From: an uncultured Verrucomicrobiae bacterium
Lineage (GTDB): Bacteria > Verrucomicrobiota > Verrucomicrobiia > Limisphaerales > Palsa-1400
Reading direction: 5' to 3'
Length of the DNA stretch: 64,000 bases
Assembly (NCBI GenBank): GCA_963702845.1
Contig: OY969763.1
Span: 3,232,001-3,296,000, forward strand
In this document: positions 62,701 to 64,000 of the stretch, piece by piece
Layout of the letters: each line of letters starts with the position of its first letter
Numbering within the stretch: position 1 is the stretch's first letter
The notes under the pieces: generated by a model
Databases searched by the model: none
Seen by the model: only the letters and a program-made list of their open reading frames with translations
Told to the model about the DNA's origin: nothing
Position numbers and translations under genes: made by a program

Positions 62701-62782
62701 CGGCGCCGAAGCTGCCGAGTGCCAGCAGCATCGTAACCGCAACTGCAAGCAGTTGCGCTATATGTTTACACAGTCGTCTCAT
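53729..62782 (-). CDS. 3017-aa secreted protein with DUF11, Ig-like/tandem-95 domains, ~24 four-Cys HYR-like repeats and a C-terminal 'RFY' domain
   Basis: Signal peptide; DLVIIKTG...PGQTVTYSV...DTLP (DUF11); DSYSV...PGVL.ND.D...NGSF.Y.P (two copies); 85-aa repeats; tail TYYVQYTLDLKNW...FRFYRVVAP. Confidence 0.92.
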   Translation of the reverse strand: MRRLCKHIAQLLAVAVTMLLALGSFGAAIDLQGVNKGSTNYNGGPLNGWFELEFIPCRVVLNNPGSNQVVVFFDNNANGKPGIQNLFNFVPSSNVVMSTPVLTASSTLQDWFYTINANVTNSQTGYIYYQARMAAGAHLFGGASLHMYNPQLQLAKPVPVSGTPDLVIIKTGTAIVTPGQTVTYSVTFSNKFTAANAALGVEIHDTLPTGMTWANTWSGSPGVQFLQSLGNELWWDIPDLQPGDSGTLTYQVTIATNASNGTVLQNDAQILCTQNDANMADNVSIVTSTVSAALPPNAVPDSYSVNQNQTLTVSAPGVLTNDSDPGNGTLKAVLSTNVTSGTLTLNTNGSFTYMPPANFSGTVYFYYFASNATNSSPPVKVTINVFHFAAPADASLSCAASIPAAATNLTQFLSQGGIDGGPYCGQPTALSFPGDSSNGGTGCAASPLVVTRTYKLTTGCGDVTNVVQRFTVVDTTSPVISAFPADATYSCAGQVPAPNDSLVTASDNCSAITVTHNTDSVTSSNCVDRFTISRTYVVSDACGNSTSRIQMITVNSTTPPTITAFPPDATFSCAAAVPAADDTLVTAANACGGSAGLVITHATDVATSSNCVNRLTLSRKYIATDACGNSSSKTQMITVNGTTPPTVVTFPFDLTVSCSSAVPAPDNSLVTATDNCGGSATVTISHDADVVASSNCVSRFVITRTYRATDACGNVTSRSQAITVNQNKAPTIVAFPADATFSCASAVLIPDDSQVTATDGCGSSSVTISHGPDVITSSNCPSRFTISRTYVATDTCGNSSSKTQIVVVNGTVAPAITIFPVDATYSCASAVPVADDSVAAAIDNCGTSEPVRISHDPDAISSSNCVGRFTISRTYRATDACGNIASKTQIITVNATTPPTITAVPPDATYACSDAVPAANDSLVTAIDGCGGSAGLVISHLADTVGSSNCVNRFTITRTYVSTDACGNSSSKSQTITINATNAPVITGFPIDVTYVCAAAVPAADDSLIIASDNCTGSPTVNITHDADVITSSNCVNRFTIVRTYRATDSCGNVSTKNQTITVNATTPPVITGSPNDATYSCASAVPVANDSLVTAVDNCGGNSSTVVTHNADVITPGICANRFGIARTYIATDACGNSSSITQTITVNQTTPPTITTLPADATYSCASAVPAADDSQVSAIDGCGGSAGVVVTHNTDAITSSNCVNRFTITRAYIATDACGNASSKSQTITVNGTIAPTITAFPADATVLCATGVSAPNDSLVTANDNCGASSTVTITHDADVIGSSNCVSRFTITRTYRATDACGNVTTRNQTITVNATTPPTISGFPVDATYSCAGAVPAANDSLVTAIDGCGGTGGIVISHGGDVITSSNCVSRFTISRSYIATDACGNSSSKVQTIVVNGTTAPTITGFPGDVTYACAGAVPAANDTLVSAVDNCGGAGVVTITHDADVITSSNCVNRFTIARTYHATDACGTVTSKNQTITVNATIAPVITTFPEDATYSCASAVPAAVDTLVSAIDNCGANSSAVITHTADVITPGACANRFTLARTYVATDACGNSSSRTQTITVSQVTPPTIVTFPNDATYSCANTVPSADDRLVSAIDGCGSGTGIVISHFSDSVSVSNCVNRFTVSRTYVATDACGNSSSKSQTILVTGTTPPTITGFPVDATYTCAGSVPVPDDTLVAATNGCGGSSGVVISHLADSIGSSNCVNRFTIARTYLATDACGNSSSKTQTITVNGTTAPLITAFPSDATFLCASAVPAPNNSLVGATNACGGNSGVVITHTPDVVTSSNCVNRFNISRTYIATDACGNSSSKTQTITVNQVTPPTIVTLPTDATYSCANTVPSADDRLVSATDGCGSGAGVVISHLSDSLSASNCVNRFTISRTYIATDACGNSSSKRQTILVTGTTPPTITGFPVDATYSCAGSVPVADDTLVAATNGCGGSSGVVISHLADSVGSSNCVNRFAITRTYVATDACGNSSSKSQKITVNGTTAPTITSFPADVTVSCAGLVPAADNGSVGGTNACGGNAGLVISHAADVTTSSNCVNRFTIIRTYIATDACGNSSSKSQTILVNGTTPPTITSFPADATYSCAGAVPVADNSLVVATNACGGNSGIIVTHNNDSIVSSNCVNRFTIARTYLATDACGNSSSKTQTITVNGTTPPLITTFPSDATYSCASAVPAPNDSNVSATNACGGNSGVIITHTPDVVTSSNCVNRFNISRTYIATDACGNSSSKTQTITVNAITPPTITAFPADATFACSVSVPGANDSLVTAQDNCGGLPVVITHDADVITSSNCINHFTITRTYRATDACGNATSKNQTIVVNDTQAPTMSCPAAVTVSLPSDIPVPDPSRVTAADNCSVPQKSFVADSNSTNGYAVTITRTYAATDDCGNRSTCSQTITFNPLLAKPTANPDSYSVLENKVLNVSVPGVLGNDTDPNNLPLQTVIVSGPTNGSLTLNANGSFQYTPNTNYFGPDSFTYKASNTGTPSDAVKVTIDVGFVNQQPSFTKGADISVLEDSITSTTTHWATNIKPGPANESNQLLNFIVSNDNSNLFTIQPSIATNGTVTFTPIPLTIGSANITVVLHDNGGTDNGGVDTSVAQIFVITIVPVNHPPSFTKGADQIVNNYAGAQTRLNWASNLLAGPAHESWQALDFIVSNTKNSIFSSSPAISTNGTLSFAPTANKYGVATVSVALHDNGGTANGGVDTSPTQTFFITVNNPPSVSIITPTNTSLFLYPSPVTITADAYDVDGFVTNVTFLNGTNVIGQGVPEDDDLYSFTWTNAPSTNSVLYAIATDNYGATNVSAPINIQLGNPVMVSGGPIVFSPSLFSWGQKLSVTNPTISTVQSVTVTFTSISSGVSVQGVTGTNALGQPFITFNNTVGPVSSIANYATILYVASSQPVVTFTTSASLTAGPTFTVNSTNLVKVTRFKFQTDGSTLVNFVSNSNKTYYVQYTLDLKNWFTSPLPLKGNGTQMQWVDFGPGATESAPKSTAFRFYRVVAP
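55535..61625 (-). repeat. ~24 intragenic 255-nt tandem repeats
   Basis: Unit P.I..FP.DATYSCA.AVP..DD..V.A.D.CG....ISH..D...SSNCVNRFTI.RTY.ATDACGNSSSK.QTITV; count made manually. Confidence 0.9.
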
Positions 62783-63073
62783 AGACCCTTCTCAAATCCG
62801 AAACAATGGGTATGGAGCAATTCAGGGGCCTATTTGACAGACCAACCCCCAGCCTCATGAAATCATTCGTAACCAACTGTAAGCGGCAGTGTTAAACAAT
62901 AAAAATCCAACCTCATTTTTGAGAAATCTGCTGCGGGTTTCTCATTATTTGTTTCTGAATAGTCCAATCTCCGTGTCCGCCCCGATTGACTTTCCCCTTT
63001 TTCAGTCGTTCCTTAAGACAAGGAGTTGCTTCTGGGCGCTCGGGAAGGGATGAACCAGGGCATAGGAAAATTT

Positions 63074-63847
63074 ATGAAAATACTCACGCCAGTTCTAGTT
63101 GGCTTGGCTGCGGCAACGCTTTCTCTCAACGCACAAACCCAACAAACCGTAACAACGCCTCACGCGACGGCAACAACACCATCAGCAACGACGCCCTCGG
63201 CAACAGCCACGACACCCTCATCAGCGGTGCCAGCTCCGACGGCCACGGTGAGCGCGCCTTCGGCAGCAGTCACAATGCCCTCCGCAGGAGTCACGACAGG
63301 TTCCGCGGCGGTAACAGCGCCTCCGGCAACGTTTACGACACCTTCGACAGTCGCGACTTTCCCGCCTGTCGCTCCAAACGCGACAGTCGTGCCTTCAACT
63401 GCACCGTCACAACAAACGGTAATAGCGCCGCCAGCCAATCCCCCCCCCGGTAGCGCGATTGCAGGTTACATTGCGCAAGAGGACGCGTGGATCCAAGCGC
63501 CCCCTGCCCTTGGCGGTGCGCAAATGATGATCTTGCAGGGTGATATCACAAAACCGGGGCCATTTACAATTCGGCTACGGATACCGGCTGGTTACAAGGT
63601 GCCGTTGCATTGGAACGATAACGAAGTAAATATCACCGTCCTTTCCGGACTATTACACATTGGCATCGCACCGAATTTCGACGAAACCAGAAGCAAGGAA
63701 ATCGGAACCCTGAGTTTTGCCACCCTTCCTCCAAGAATGAAACACACGGAGTGGGTCGATACCGAGACGATCGTGCAACTGCACGGAATCGGCCCTTGGA
63801 TTATGCACGAGGTATATCCTCGGACAACGGCGCAAGTCGGCGAGTAG
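63074..63847 (+). CDS. Secreted cupin-domain protein with a Thr/Ala/Pro/Ser-rich N-terminal linker
   Basis: aggaaaa precedes the ATG at 63074; signal peptide; TTPSAT-type repeats; cupin GPFTIRLRIPAGYKVPLHW...E...VLSG...H...VQLHGIGPW. Confidence 0.85.
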   Translation: MKILTPVLVGLAAATLSLNAQTQQTVTTPHATATTPSATTPSATATTPSSAVPAPTATVSAPSAAVTMPSAGVTTGSAAVTAPPATFTTPSTVATFPPVAPNATVVPSTAPSQQTVIAPPANPPPGSAIAGYIAQEDAWIQAPPALGGAQMMILQGDITKPGPFTIRLRIPAGYKVPLHWNDNEVNITVLSGLLHIGIAPNFDETRSKEIGTLSFATLPPRMKHTEWVDTETIVQLHGIGPWIMHEVYPRTTAQVGE

Positions 63848-64000
63848 TCAGTCTGGAATTTCCCGGGGAATTGCCTGGCAGACTTTTTCGAAGCCGGGAA
63901 AGTTCCACTTGTTCGGAAAATCTTTGCACTGCTGTGGCTTCACCGGCTGCACGGTGCAATCAATCCCATCCAAAAAAATGCATTCGTGATTCGGTTTTTC

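Noticed and set aside
62986..63453. 155-aa + strand ORF
   Set aside because: Alternative frame over the low-complexity linker of the cupin gene.
1..64000. tRNA, rRNA, intact transposase, integrase or prophage structural genes
   Set aside because: None recognisable by eye or in the ORF track; a tRNAscan/Rfam run would be needed to exclude small RNAs formally.

Overview
A 64-kb bacterial window. The gene style suggests Verrucomicrobiota subdivision 3 (Pedosphaera/Limisphaera-like); this is inferred from GloVer repeats, autotransporter-associated beta-strand repeats, Thr-Asn-rich Ig proteins and C-terminal 'RFY' tails. The left half (~0.4-30.8 kb) is an accessory region of unrelated genes: hybrid histidine kinase, Ser/Thr kinase-TPR cluster, LamG/beta-strand-repeat protein, TPMT-like methyltransferase, M3 peptidase, receiver protein, Kelch/GloVer protein and delta-60/Ig protein. 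Nearly every intergenic gap there holds a same-strand piece of one modular non-coding element, here called C-B-A (C = hairpin ending at an ATG; B = sigma70-like promoter plus hairpin; A = multi-hairpin RNA-like segment). Two related MITEs are nested inside element copies. The last copy leads directly into an HTH gene followed by 11-bp-periodic direct repeats. I see no transposase or integrase in the window. The right half holds two giant secreted proteins with near-identical C-terminal tails (one with a nuclease domain set, one split by a +1 frameshift), the housekeeping block tsaD, S41 protease, GnnA-like oxidoreductase and lpxB, a 3017-aa protein with ~24 four-Cys repeats, and a cupin. A sulfatase missed by the ORF track runs off the left edge.
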